Source: Paraphysomonas bandaiensis
Lineage: Eukaryota > Protista > Chrysophyceae
DNA length: 64,000 nucleotides
Assembly (NCBI GenBank): GCA_965644295.1
Contig: CBFFRP010000059.1
Span: 1-64,000, forward strand
Direction: 5' to 3'
The translations under genes and the position numbers were made by a program. Shown here piece by piece: positions 63,060-64,000 of this stretch (its first letter is position 1; every line of letters begins with the position of its first letter). Below the pieces are notes generated by a model, which searched no databases, was not told where the DNA came from, and worked only from the letters and a program-made list of their open reading frames with translations.

Positions 63060-63473
63060 ACTAAAAAATTTTATTTCCGCGTAGCCAACATCAGCTTTAT
63101 CATCCTCTGTATTGTTGCAATCACTGTCTGAACGGAGATATATTTTAACAGCATCTTTCTCGGATTTTGTATTTTCTCCATTCTCAAAATCAAATCAATT
63201 CCATCTCAAAATTCGGATCATTAACAATGGAACTGCTTTCTTTAAAGCGGATAGGGAATATCTAGCCCTGAAGTCCCTCAATAAGCAATCAAAAATGTTC
63301 CGGCATTCATAAAGATTAACTTGATTTGATCCTCTTGTTGAAGCAGCTTGAAAACGCTTTCAAACTTTCTCAGGTCGTCTACAAGGGCGGTGAGTAGTCC
63401 AGTTCCCTGAAATTATAATGCCATTATGAAAAATGTCCCGGAAAGAATTATAATTAACGGTTATCAGGCCCTA
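63060..63473 (-). mobile_element. Decayed hAT fragment related to the MITE at 5806
   Basis: Minus strand begins TAGGGCCTGATAACCGTTAAT; frameshifted DLRKFESV..VNLYECRNIFD..IVNDPNFE..EKDAVKIYL transposase-like remnant. Confidence 0.7.
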
Positions 63474-63645
63474 ATGTATATAGTGTGTATCAGGGTTAGG
63501 GAATACTATATTACAATACTATTGCTAGAGAGCGTCTCATCAATAATATTGATATGTAGATGGAGTTTTTAAACCGGTCCAACAATACTATTGCAGTATA
63601 TTGCATATTGTACTATATTGTCAATGTATTAGTATTATTAATCAG

Positions 63646-64000
63646 CAGGGCTGCGTATCAATTAATTGCAATTAATTGTCAGTTGTTGAATTGCTATAAT
63701 TGAAATTGGGACATCGAATCATAATTGCCATTATAATTGACTCCATCTCGCTTCAACTTATTGTCAATTAATTGCTATTAATTAATATAAAAATACCACC
63801 TTTTTATACTGAAAAGTTGTTGGAGAACGGCATTTTATAAAATCAATTTTTACGAAAAAATCGAAGATTGGTGAAAGACTATATTATCCATAGGAGTATC
63901 TCACATTGTAATTCTTTTACTTAATTAGCGATACAAATAAACAACTAGTGTCCATACAATTACAGAAGGTGAACACCAGCTCGACCTCCACGACGTTCGC
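63646..64000. mobile_element. End of a hAT element of the 51582 family, running off the window
   Basis: CAGGGCTGCGTATCAATTAATTGCAATT matches the 51582 TIR, followed by AATTG-rich subterminal repeats. Confidence 0.75.

Noticed and set aside
63490-63502. Telomeric repeat
   Set aside because: Only a single CAGGGTTAGGG, not an array.

Overview
Eukaryotic nuclear DNA from an AT-rich protist genome with very short (about 45-95 nt) GT-AG introns and the standard code. A stramenopile, possibly a chrysophyte, is a weak inference from gene and transposon style. Host genes: a peptidase-C39-like gene, a PhyH-type dioxygenase, a multi-exon ankyrin gene, a BART plus FABP-like protein, RPL17, a 2OG-Fe(II)-like protein, an AGC-type kinase, a BT1 folate-biopterin transporter, a C2HC zinc-finger protein and SF3A1. 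Accessory DNA: (i) a ~4.5 kb very AT-rich, intronless virus-like fragment (~330-4800) with a fibre-like gene, a NUMOD4-HNH-AP2 endonuclease, a small Zn-finger ORF and a hairpin-rich end; (ii) a 5.55 kb CMC (CACTA/Plavaka-like) transposon (13219-18769) with CCTATAGG subterminal arrays; (iii) a TIR-bounded 2.8 kb element (20860-23650); (iv) a cassette (~27750-33200) holding a spliced bacterial-type ParA/Soj ATPase gene with NLS-like ends and a divergent small membrane-protein gene, bracketed by long inverted arms rich in short iterated motifs, the left arm present as three 604-bp tandem copies; (v) hAT and Tc1-like MITEs; (vi) a recent ~3-4 kb tandem triplication of a putative Ig-fold DNA-binding gene with divergent C-termini. 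The ParA cassette is the best candidate for an undescribed system. Gene models were derived by eye and family assignments come from motif recognition, not database searches.
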